A program made the position numbers and the translations under genes. Of a stretch of DNA of 64,000 nt, positions 1 to 11,111 are shown piece by piece (within the stretch, counting starts at the first letter, position 1; each line of letters opens with the position of its first letter). Location: contig JAFCGA010000001.1 of NCBI GenBank assembly GCA_017608345.1, positions 171,036 through 235,035 on the forward strand, written 5' to 3'. The notes beneath the pieces were generated by a model. That model was not told where the DNA came from, made no database searches, and saw only the letters and a program-made list of their open reading frames with translations. Source of the stretch: Candidatus Pacearchaeota archaeon (lineage in GTDB: Archaea > Nanobdellota > Nanobdellia > UBA10117 > JAFCGA01).

Positions 1-129
1 ATCTGCGAAGAGAAAACCCGTGCAGCCCCAATTGAGATTGCCTATGCATTCAAGCTATTATTAGACGAAATGAAGAGCATGGGAATCAATGCGAAACTAG
101 TATTAAAGGAGAAGTATAATACACAGTAA
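1..129 (+). CDS. rpoB: DNA-directed RNA polymerase subunit B, C-terminal end (5' part outside window)
   Basis: Frame 1 open from base 1 to TAA 127-129 (..PIEIAYAFKLLLDEMKSMGINAKLVLKEKYNTQ*); stops 1 nt before rpoA1, the conserved archaeal rpoB-rpoA1-rpoA2 order. Confidence 0.7.
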   Translation: MCEEKTRAAPIEIAYAFKLLLDEMKSMGINAKLVLKEKYNTQ

Positions 130-130
130 A

Positions 131-3971
<3,841 letters not shown>

Positions 3972-3979
3972 TAAGTAAT

Positions 3980-4240
3980 ATGGATATTAAAAAAATACTT
4001 TTGTCTAAGAATATTATATTAGGTAAAGATAAAACTCTTAGATTGCTAAAAAAAGGTAAGATATCTGAGATTTTGTTAGCGAATAATGTGCCAGAGCTAG
4101 TTAAAAAAGACATCACTAGCTTAGCTAATCTTGCTGGCGCTAAAGTTTCTGTACTTACATACACAAATGATGAGCTGGGTGCATTGTGTAAGAAACCTTT
4201 CACTGTATCAATAATTGGACTAACTAAAAAAATAGAATAG
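3980..4240 (+). CDS. rpl30e: 50S ribosomal protein L30e
   Basis: 86-aa ORF with L30e/L7Ae-fold pattern (GKDKTLRLLKKGKISEILLANN..ELGALCKKPFTVSIIG); conserved position after rpoA2. Confidence 0.85.
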   Translation: MDIKKILLSKNIILGKDKTLRLLKKGKISEILLANNVPELVKKDITSLANLAGAKVSVLTYTNDELGALCKKPFTVSIIGLTKKIE

Positions 4241-4248
4241 TAACGCTA

Positions 4249-4355
4249 ACACGTCGGAAGCAGCCTTTTAGGAAAAGGCTGGCGAAAAGAAGATACCTTT
4301 ACGCTGCTTCCTCGTGTCTTAGTTTTCGACATACTCGAGAACGAAAACCAAGATG
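4249..4355 (+). ncRNA. Unclassified structured RNA element / 5' leader, copy 1 (rpl30e-nusA spacer)
   Basis: Stem ACACG..GGAAGCAG / CTGCTTCC..CGTGT encloses hairpin agcctttt-agg-aaaaggct. A second hairpin cttagttttcg/cgaaaaccaag ends at the nusA ATG. Homologous copy at 19092-19171 (-). Confidence 0.35.
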
Positions 4356-4772
4356 GTTATAAAAAAGTACAGCGCTGAGAACTTGCAATGCATGAATCTT
4401 TTCAAGAGAGTAACTAGAATTATGCCTAAGGATTTTTTCGAGGTTGGCTCTGATCTCGTATTTATTGTAGATAAAATGCAAGTAGGAATAGCTCTCGGCA
4501 AAGGTGGAGCTAATATAAAGCGGCTTCGTGAGTTGATGGATAAGCGGATTAAAGTAGTTGGAGCTGGAAAAGATGCTAAAGAGCTAATCACTAATTTCAT
4601 CTTTCCGCTAAAACCCAAAAATATCGTTCAGGAGGACGCTACGATTAATATTGAATTCAATACTGGCTCTGAGCGGAGAGCACTTCTTGGGAATCAGCAA
4701 TCTCGGTTAAAGTTACTGAAAGAGACTGTTAAACGATACTTCCCGGAAATTAAAGAGATTCGGATACTGTAA
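4353..4772 (+). CDS. nusA: Archaeal NusA-like transcription termination/antitermination protein (KH domains)
   Basis: 139-aa ORF; KH-type GxxG (GIALGKGGANIKRLRE); size and position after rpl30e as in archaeal RNAP operons. Confidence 0.85.
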   Translation: MVIKKYSAENLQCMNLFKRVTRIMPKDFFEVGSDLVFIVDKMQVGIALGKGGANIKRLRELMDKRIKVVGAGKDAKELITNFIFPLKPKNIVQEDATINIEFNTGSERRALLGNQQSRLKLLKETVKRYFPEIKEIRIL

Positions 4773-4824
4773 AGCCATCCTAACCTTTTTAAACCCCTAA
4801 TTATTTACTCAACTATATACTACG

Positions 4825-5043
4825 GTGAAAACAATGGTTACACATGATATGAATAAAGATGAGCAAGTCGGATTCCACAAGGGAAGCGTAAGTACTTTAG
4901 TTAAAGAACGACAAGAACTAGTAAAGATGGTCTCAATCGTAGATCAGCTAATTCAGCTGCACGTAAAGGCGCTGAAGGATCTAGGTATAGATCTATCTCA
5001 GCAACAACAGCCAGCTACTGGAAAGCTAGAGGACAAAGTCTAA
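4825..5043 (+). CDS. Small hypothetical protein (coiled-coil-like)
   Basis: 72-aa ORF (GTG 4825 or ATG 4834); TATA-like tttttaaa 4786-4793; followed by hairpin ccgcg..cgcgg 5046-5064. Confidence 0.5.
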   Translation: MKTMVTHDMNKDEQVGFHKGSVSTLVKERQELVKMVSIVDQLIQLHVKALKDLGIDLSQQQQPATGKLEDKV

Positions 5044-5072
5044 AACCGCGAGACGTATACGCGGATAACAAT

Positions 5073-5091
5073 CTTTTTATAATCGCTATAC
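5073..5091 (+). promoter_or_regulatory. hicB promoter: TATA-like box fused to recurrent motif AATCGCTATAC
   Basis: ctttttataa 5073-5082 followed by aatcgctatac 5081-5091, 12 nt before the hicB ATG (5103); the motif recurs at 7 other intergenic sites. Confidence 0.4.
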
Positions 5092-5102
5092 TATCTTATA
5101 TT

Positions 5103-5309
5103 ATGAAATATACAGCAATCTTAGATCCGCAAGAAGAAGGCGGCTATACTGTTCAATGCTTAGAGATTCCTGGAGCGATTAGCCAAGGTGAGACTAAGGA
5201 AGAAGCTCTGGAAAATATCAAAGAAGCTATAGCGCTCATGCTTGATACTATTAAAGAAGAAGTAAGTGTGAGCCATAAAGAAATAATTAAGGTGACTATT
5301 AGTGCCTAA
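5103..5309 (+). CDS. hicB: HicB-family antitoxin (UPF0150-like)
   Basis: 68-aa ORF, MKYTAILDPQEEGGYTVQCLEIPGAISQGETKEEALENIKEAI pattern of HicB N-terminal domain; overlaps hicA by 8 nt. Confidence 0.8.
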   Translation: MKYTAILDPQEEGGYTVQCLEIPGAISQGETKEEALENIKEAIALMLDTIKEEVSVSHKEIIKVTISA

Positions 5310-5517
5310 GCTACCTGTTATTTCAGGTAAGAAAGCCATTTCTGCGTTGTTGAAGCTAGGATTTATTATTAAACGGCAGAAAGGTGATCATGTTATTCTA
5401 AATAAAGAAAGAATAAATTTCACAGTACCACTACATAAAACTCTAAAGAAAGGCACGTTGAAAGCTATATTAAGGCAAGCTCAGATAGATCTTGAGGAGT
5501 TCTTGGAAAAGCTTTAA
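5302..5517 (+). CDS. hicA: HicA-family mRNA interferase toxin
   Basis: 71-aa ORF (GTG start); HicA/YcfA pattern SGKKAISALLKLGF..RQKGDH..LHKTLKKGTLKAILRQAQI. Confidence 0.85.
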   Translation: MPKLPVISGKKAISALLKLGFIIKRQKGDHVILNKERINFTVPLHKTLKKGTLKAILRQAQIDLEEFLEKL

Positions 5518-5662
5518 GGCAAAACTATAAATAGCGCTGGAGAGTTCTAGTGATAATAACTAAAAATCTATTTAAGTAGATTTTTGGAACCAACGGACGA
5601 AGTTCCGTGGATCCGCGAAATTGCTCTGCAGTTTCTGTGGAATTGTAAATACGAGATTCACA

Positions 5663-6913
5663 ATGATAGAAATACAATGTTTAGGCGGCTTCCGCGAGGT
5701 CGGAAGTAACGCGGTTTTTATAAAAGGAAAGAAGAATTATATGTTCGATTTTGGACTAGATGTTTCATCTGGTCGGCCTGCTCTAATGCCAAAAGGCAAG
5801 ACAGACGCTCTGTTTATAACTCATGGTCATTTAGATCATTTAGGCTCTGCGCCTACTCTAGTTAAGCGGGACCACTGTGCGATTTACGCTACCAAGCCGG
5901 TCAAGGAGTACTCAGAATTATTGCTGAACGATGCTGTTAAAATAGCTAGAATCAAGGGCGTGCATCGCGATTATAATAAGATCGACATAAGGCGGACTCT
6001 GGCGCAATACAAAAATATTGTGTATAACAAGCCTATTCGGTTTGGGACAGATAGTATTACTGCTATCAATGCCGGCCATGCTCCCGGTTCTTGTTGCTTC
6101 TTGTTGAAGAGCGGAAAAAAGAAGATCCTCTATACTGGCGATCTTAAGATGGAAACCACTCCGCTAGTGGATGGAGCTGACTTCTCTAGTATTAAAAATC
6201 TCGATATTGCTATAATGGAAACAACTTATTCTTCGCGGGATCACCCTCCGCGAGCTACGGCTGAGAAAGACATGTTCAAGAGGGCAAATCAGACCATTCA
6301 GAAAGGCGGGATTGCTCTGATTCCTTCTTTTGCTAACAGAGCTGCTGATATTTTATTAGCACTTTATAAGAATAAAGCTAACTTTCCCATTTATCTAGAT
6401 GGAATGGCTAAGGCAGCCACAGAGATTGCTCTGAATAATCCAAAGTTCCTTCGTAACTCCATTATGTTAAAGAAAGCCTTGTCTAAGGTTCACATTATAC
6501 GAAACTGGAAAGAGCGGGCGCATATCACTAACGCTCCCTGCGCGATTGTAACAACTGGTGGGAGCTTAGACGGCGGTCCAGTTGTGGGCTATATTAAACA
6601 GCTGTATATGCGAACTGACTGTTCCCTGATCTTTACTGGCTTTCAATTCCCTGGCTCTGCTGGGCGGTATTTGCTAGATACTGGCAGGTATGTAAATGAG
6701 GAAATAGACTTTAAAATGAAAATGCCTATATCTCAGTTTGATCTTTCTGGTCACGCGGGTCGTAGTGAGCTAATGAACTTTGTTAAGACAGTTAGACCTA
6801 AGACAGTTATAGCTATGCACGGCGAGTATTGCGAAAAGTTTGCTACTGAGATTCGAGGGCGGTTTGGTGTTGAAGCGATTGCTCCTAAGAATGGGGAAGT
6901 TTTGAAGCTCTAG
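5663..6913 (+). CDS. Metallo-beta-lactamase / beta-CASP family ribonuclease (aCPSF2/RNase J-like)
   Basis: HGHLDHLG (HxHxDH) motif, beta-CASP-length C-terminal part ending ..AMHGE; ATG at 5663 preferred over the TTG at 5621 in the ORF track. Confidence 0.8.
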   Translation: MIEIQCLGGFREVGSNAVFIKGKKNYMFDFGLDVSSGRPALMPKGKTDALFITHGHLDHLGSAPTLVKRDHCAIYATKPVKEYSELLLNDAVKIARIKGVHRDYNKIDIRRTLAQYKNIVYNKPIRFGTDSITAINAGHAPGSCCFLLKSGKKKILYTGDLKMETTPLVDGADFSSIKNLDIAIMETTYSSRDHPPRATAEKDMFKRANQTIQKGGIALIPSFANRAADILLALYKNKANFPIYLDGMAKAATEIALNNPKFLRNSIMLKKALSKVHIIRNWKERAHITNAPCAIVTTGGSLDGGPVVGYIKQLYMRTDCSLIFTGFQFPGSAGRYLLDTGRYVNEEIDFKMKMPISQFDLSGHAGRSELMNFVKTVRPKTVIAMHGEYCEKFATEIRGRFGVEAIAPKNGEVLKL

Positions 6914-6939
6914 AGATATCAGAAGTTAAACAAATTATA

Positions 6940-7920
6940 CTAAACTACTCCCCTACATGCCTTTTCGAACAATGGCCTCCAAATATCCTCATGGTCTGTA
7001 AATAGCCTTTCTAGATGAACCGCGCAGTTAACTTTAATTGGATTATTCTCTTGCTTCACTAGAGGTAGAATCTCCTCTTTTCGCTCAGACAACATACATA
7101 TAAAGTCATATCTCCGAACTATTGCTTCTTTAGCGTTATTTTTTATATTTCCGAAAGAAGGTCCATATAATCCCATGCAGAACATAATTGCCCCATCGTG
7201 GCGTACTGGAAGTTTCCAGTCGCAGAGAGCGAATATTGATCCGCTGTACATATACATAAAATATCTATTAAAAGACGGCCCGTTTATGGTATGACTCAGA
7301 ACTTCTTCGTGTATCGATTCTCTATCCGCTTCGTGTAAAACCAGCGCTTCAGGCACATGTTTAAACGGAATTACTGAAAAAAATCTAAGGAGTCTTGGAT
7401 CTTTCGACGAATATAAACTTCGTGAAAATGGCTTGAATGTTGGTAATTTCTGAATCAAGCTATAAGCAGTATCCATATTTTTCTTTGTTAAAACTGCAGT
7501 AACGTGGATGCTCTTATCAGTACGAGAGCATAATTCTAAGATTCCGCCTACATCGAATGTTTCAAAGTTATCAGTATGAATGCTGTAAGTGATATTATCT
7601 ATACTCTCATTCTCTAAAGAAATTAATCGCTCTATATCTGAGCCGTTTGTAAATATAGATATCTTACGCTGTGACCCCATTGCATCTATTTTTTCAGCTA
7701 AATTATAACACTCGCTGGGCTCTCCTCCAGATATGTTGATTCTCGACGAATCAAAAGGGAGGATATTCTCTGTTGAGAAGGCAGATCTTATTTCAGCTGG
7801 AGTAAGAGTAGGACCTGTCGAAGTAGAATAATCTTTTTTACGTGCACAGTAGCTACACTGACCAGTTCTACTTGGTCCGCTACATTTGCTAGTTACGTCA
7901 AGCCATACTTCATTTATCAT
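6940..7920 (-). CDS. Radical SAM-like protein with atypical Cys spacing and SPASM/twitch-like C-terminal segment
   Basis: 326 aa; N-terminal CSGPSRTGQCSYC (CX8CX2C instead of CX3CX2C), ISGGEPS SAM-binding motif, later DGAIMFC..GPSFGNIKNN resembling the SPASM/twitch G-x-V-x-P-C..GN motif. Confidence 0.65.
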   Translation of the reverse strand: MINEVWLDVTSKCSGPSRTGQCSYCARKKDYSTSTGPTLTPAEIRSAFSTENILPFDSSRINISGGEPSECYNLAEKIDAMGSQRKISIFTNGSDIERLISLENESIDNITYSIHTDNFETFDVGGILELCSRTDKSIHVTAVLTKKNMDTAYSLIQKLPTFKPFSRSLYSSKDPRLLRFFSVIPFKHVPEALVLHEADRESIHEEVLSHTINGPSFNRYFMYMYSGSIFALCDWKLPVRHDGAIMFCMGLYGPSFGNIKNNAKEAIVRRYDFICMLSERKEEILPLVKQENNPIKVNCAVHLERLFTDHEDIWRPLFEKACRGVV

Positions 7921-7940
7921 ATATTACTACTCTCAAGTTC

Positions 7941-7973
7941 CCTTAAAAACCTTTTCCTTAGAAATCGCTATAC
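7941..7973. promoter_or_regulatory. TATA-like box plus recurrent motif CTTAGAAATCGCTATAC
   Basis: ccttaaaaacc 7941-7951 lies 21-31 nt upstream of the minus-strand ATG at 7920; motif at 7957-7973; the 13-mer gaaatcgctatac is identical at 51204-51216. Confidence 0.45.
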
Positions 7974-8105
7974 TGACCTTATATTTAATACTGAAGCAAT
8001 TTGGGACTGCGTATTCGGATTATATAGGGAAGACTGGAAGGGTGCTGCCTAAGTTTGGGGTTATAGCCACTAATAGTTATTATGCACAAGATACTCCTCC
8101 TGGAC

Positions 8106-8957
8106 TCATAGCTTATCTATTTGCTTCTCAATATATTGAATAGAATTAATACCAATAGTGATTATTGCATCGCAGTCTTTTTTTGCAAGGTTTGTATCTC
8201 TTAATGTTGCGGGATGACCAAATGTGTTTCTATCCCATTTTACAGACATAATCTTCGAATATTGAGAGATCGTAAGAAATTTCTCTTTTTTTAAAATCTT
8301 TATACAATCATGAAAAGTCCACTTATTTATTTCCTTAATTTGATAATTAATTTTCTTATTAGACTTCAATTTCTTAATATAATCTCTAATGGCCCTTTCA
8401 AGCGTTCTTCCAACAATAAAAACAGCTGTAGTATAGTAACCAATACTATATATATCAAGAGCTTCAATTAGATTCCTCTTGATTTTTTTCCTTAAAGAAT
8501 ATTTTCTATCCCTTCCGCCAAAGGGAATGAAAATGTTATCGAAACTGTTAAAGAAATTTCTTATGGAAATTTTTAAAGGAATAATAGTACTATTTAATTT
8601 GAGATGAGTATGCTTTCTTCCAAGAGACTCTTCAGCCTTATGTTCCGAAATTATTTTCTTTATCTTCTTAATATCAATATTTTCAAGATTATTTGCTCTA
8701 AGCTGCTTTAGATACTTCTTATGATTTTTATTAAAAAGAGAAATTTCTTTATTCAGTTTGTCCACGATCTCTTTTGTTCTCTTGAAAAATACATTCTTAG
8801 GATTTCTACCTTTTTTATCGTACATTAATGCAACTAACAAAACTCCATTAAAATCAGTCCGAAGTTGAAAAATTATGTCCTCAATCCTTTTCAGATGATA
8901 CGCTGTTGCAAATATTTCTTCGAAACCAACCATATAGTAAGAATGATGATTAATCAT
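8106..8957 (-). CDS. Hypothetical protein with C-terminal HEPN/DUF4145-like region
   Basis: 283-aa very AT-rich ORF; C-terminal helices ending in WDRNTFGHPA (R-x4-H, HEPN-type motif); no other family recognised. Confidence 0.45.
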   Translation of the reverse strand: MINHHSYYMVGFEEIFATAYHLKRIEDIIFQLRTDFNGVLLVALMYDKKGRNPKNVFFKRTKEIVDKLNKEISLFNKNHKKYLKQLRANNLENIDIKKIKKIISEHKAEESLGRKHTHLKLNSTIIPLKISIRNFFNSFDNIFIPFGGRDRKYSLRKKIKRNLIEALDIYSIGYYTTAVFIVGRTLERAIRDYIKKLKSNKKINYQIKEINKWTFHDCIKILKKEKFLTISQYSKIMSVKWDRNTFGHPATLRDTNLAKKDCDAIITIGINSIQYIEKQIDKL

Positions 8958-8989
8958 TTATAACAGTTTTGTGAATTCTAGCTTATGTC

Positions 8990-9259
8990 ATGCTGTCGCT
9001 TCGTTTCACTTACAAACACACTTATATGCCCAAACCACCTAAAACAAACATGCACACCCCGATAGTCAGGTCGGGTATTTTCTTAGTCGGTGGATTAGTG
9101 TCGATTAGTTTCCGAGAGGGACTTAATGAGTTCAAGAATCGTATGTTTGGAAAGTTTAACAAGAAGTTGGTGCGTGACGAGAGGAAGACGTATGTTCAGA
9201 TTGGTGTAGTGTTTATGATTATTTCAATCGGCTTGTTCGTGTATGCGGTTACTCACTAA
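8990..9259 (+). CDS. Hypothetical membrane protein
   Basis: 89-aa ORF with two hydrophobic segments; start uncertain (internal Met candidates). Confidence 0.4.
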   Translation: MLSLRFTYKHTYMPKPPKTNMHTPIVRSGIFLVGGLVSISFREGLNEFKNRMFGKFNKKLVRDERKTYVQIGVVFMIISIGLFVYAVTH

Positions 9260-9302
9260 CCGTCCAAAACCCTTATAACTCCCCCTTGCCACCAAAGAAG
9301 TA

Positions 9303-9455
9303 ATGAACTACAAAGCAATCTTCGCGGCAGGAATCCCATTCATCGGTGCAGGAATTGTTTTTATGACTTCGGTTAATAAAAGCATAGGTGTTGCATTGAT
9401 TGGCATAGGTGGAATGTTTATGATAATTGGAGGAAAGAACAAAGACAAATGGTAA
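9303..9455 (+). CDS. Small membrane protein (50 aa), below the ORF-track cutoff
   Basis: ATG 9303 to TAA 9453-9455: MNYKAIFAAGIPFIGAGIVFMTSVNKSIGVALIGIGGMFMIIGGKNKDKW, two Gly-rich TM helices; overlaps the next ORF in ATGGTAA. Confidence 0.45.
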   Translation: MNYKAIFAAGIPFIGAGIVFMTSVNKSIGVALIGIGGMFMIIGGKNKDKW

Positions 9456-9613
9456 AGAAAGACTCAATAACTATTCCAAAGAAAGCTCTCCTTTGGATTG
9501 CTCCTGCTATTGTAATCACAGCAATAATAATCGGAAAGCACCGGCCAGGAGATCTGCTTCTATTCTGGATCGGAATTACAATTGGATTTCTTGTCCATAG
9601 AAGTCTGAAATAA
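9449..9613 (+). CDS. Small membrane protein (54 aa), below the ORF-track cutoff
   Basis: ATG 9449 to TAA 9611-9613: MVKKDSITIPKKALLWIAPAIVITAIIIGKHRPGDLLLFWIGITIGFLVHRSLK; apparently translationally coupled to 9303-9455. Confidence 0.45.
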   Translation: MVKKDSITIPKKALLWIAPAIVITAIIIGKHRPGDLLLFWIGITIGFLVHRSLK

Positions 9614-9625
9614 GGCTATGGGCGG

Positions 9626-9967
9626 TTACTCACTGAGCTGTGCAGAAGCTGGAGATAAATAAGCATATTTCGGGTCTTTCCTAAGTTGATATACTCTCTC
9701 CAGTAGACGATTTACCCGACCATGCTCTACTTCTAAATTAATCTTACTGTCGGGGTTTCCCTTAACTTGTTGTTCAAATAGATTATATGCAGTAATCACT
9801 AGTGCAGGGAAATTCCAAAAGGTAAATACTTCATCAGGAATATGATTAGTTATCCCCTCGCGTATATTCTGTGGGAATATAAACTCTGATTCAAGAAGTT
9901 GAGAGAGATATTGTATATCCTCGCGTAATTTAATTTCTCCAGTAACGATATTAACGGTTATGTCCAT
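9626..9967 (-). CDS. Hypothetical protein
   Basis: 113-aa ORF, divergent from 10069 gene; no family recognised. Confidence 0.5.
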   Translation of the reverse strand: MDITVNIVTGEIKLREDIQYLSQLLESEFIFPQNIREGITNHIPDEVFTFWNFPALVITAYNLFEQQVKGNPDSKINLEVEHGRVNRLLERVYQLRKDPKYAYLSPASAQLSE

Positions 9968-10068
9968 AATAAAATAATAGAGATTAATTTTTTAAGCCTT
10001 TCTAAATCACCGTATGAAGCAGGAGCCTATAAAGGAAACTTTATATATCCACCGAGTAATATTATTTT

Positions 10069-10623
10069 ATGACTAATTTAGACTTTAAGACTGCCTTCAA
10101 ATACCCATTTAACCGAGCAAAAGGTATGTGGAATATATTATGGATATTATTACCGATTATTGGATGGTTTGCTTTAAGCGGATACGGTATTAGAATTATT
10201 AAAGAATTTAGCAAAGGCAAATTTAAGAAATTGCCTACTTTTGAATTTAGCAGTGATTTAAAACTCGGATTCTTTATGTTCATAAAATCCATTCCTTTTA
10301 TGATAATATATGGGATACTTCTTGCGATACTAACGCTCATAAGTCCTTGGTTAAGGGGCGTCACTCAAGTTTTTCTAAGTATATTTGTCGTACCAATCTT
10401 AGCTATTAACTTCTTTAATAAAGAAACTGTAGGTTCTTATTTTGAGCTGGAAATAATAAAATCTGTTTTTAATAATTTAGGCGACTATGTTATGGCTGTA
10501 TTGAAAAGTATTTTATTAGGTATAATATTTTTAATTATGATTATAGTTTTAGTCGGTATACCTGCAGGAGCTTTTACACAGAGCATATTCTTAGCAGACT
10601 TTTATAGAAGAAAAGTAAAATAA
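10069..10623 (+). CDS. DUF4013-family membrane protein
   Basis: 184 aa; N-terminus FKTAFKYPFNRAKGMWNILWILLPIIGWFALSGYGIRIIKE..LPTFEF matches the DUF4013 pattern as I remember it; multiple TM helices. Confidence 0.65.
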   Translation: MTNLDFKTAFKYPFNRAKGMWNILWILLPIIGWFALSGYGIRIIKEFSKGKFKKLPTFEFSSDLKLGFFMFIKSIPFMIIYGILLAILTLISPWLRGVTQVFLSIFVVPILAINFFNKETVGSYFELEIIKSVFNNLGDYVMAVLKSILLGIIFLIMIIVLVGIPAGAFTQSIFLADFYRRKVK

Positions 10624-10678
10624 TATTTATTATATTGAGATATCGGATCTCTGAGCTAACCGCTGGAAGCAGGGCTTT

Positions 10679-11017
10679 TTAGACCTCAGCAGCTAAACCT
10701 TCCTTCACAACCCTCTCGAAAAAGTCTTTCTTTGCTTTGAGATAGTGCTCTCGAGATACTAGCCTCGCCGCATTCTTTATTCGCAGATATTCACTCCGAG
10801 CATTAGCATTAGTCTTCAAGTGCTCAAAGAAGATTTTATTCTGCGCAGTCGCGGGGTGATCTGGAGTTGATAAGAGAATATCTATCTCCCAATCGCCAAG
10901 CATGGTTTCGAATTTTTTCCATAGCTCGTCTATCTTTTTCTTCGGAGCGCCGTATCTCGAAACTAGCCGTCGTTCAGCAGATTTAAAAGTTGTAGAAGAT
11001 TTGAACAGTATATTCAG
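10679..11017 (-). pseudogene. Truncated GrpB (UPF0157)-like fragment
   Basis: Only the C-terminal GrpB-like part is present (..DHPATAQNKIFFEHLKTNANARSEYLRIKN..). The frame stays open upstream to 11017 with no ATG and no N-terminal nucleotidyltransferase-like part. Confidence 0.4.
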
Positions 11018-11111
11018 CTAAAATCACTCTTTCCAGTTAACGCTTACTCGAAGAGTATCCATATACGCAATTATAATAAAATTTATAAAGTTCGCTTTAC
11101 TAAAATAAGGT

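Noticed and set aside
4249-4355. H/ACA sRNA, bulge-helix-bulge intron or split-tRNA-half interpretation of the two-copy structured element
   Set aside because: There is no ACA box 3' of the lower stem, no 3-nt bulges flanking a 4-bp helix, and no tRNA-like T or D arm sequences.
4299-4618. Minus-strand ORFs 4299-4481 and 4319-4618
   Set aside because: They overlap nusA and the structured spacer. The nusA frame carries clear KH motifs and conserved synteny.
5621-5662. TTG-initiated N-terminal extension of the beta-CASP gene (MLCSFCGIVNTRFT)
   Set aside because: Homologous MBL/beta-CASP proteins begin near MIEIQ..G, and an ATG is available at 5663.
8080-8109. 9-codon ORF MSPGGVSCA overlapping the stop of the 8106 gene; considered as a possible radical SAM substrate
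   Set aside because: Too short to support. The aggagg inside it may be coincidental, and no conservation can be assessed.
7886-8143. 85-aa plus-strand ORF across the 7921-8105 spacer
   Set aside because: Non-ATG start. It overlaps both neighbouring minus-strand genes, and its sequence is better explained as promoter plus 3' UTR.
9273-9467. 64-aa minus-strand ORF
   Set aside because: The opposite strand encodes two well-formed small TM proteins with overlapping stop and start.
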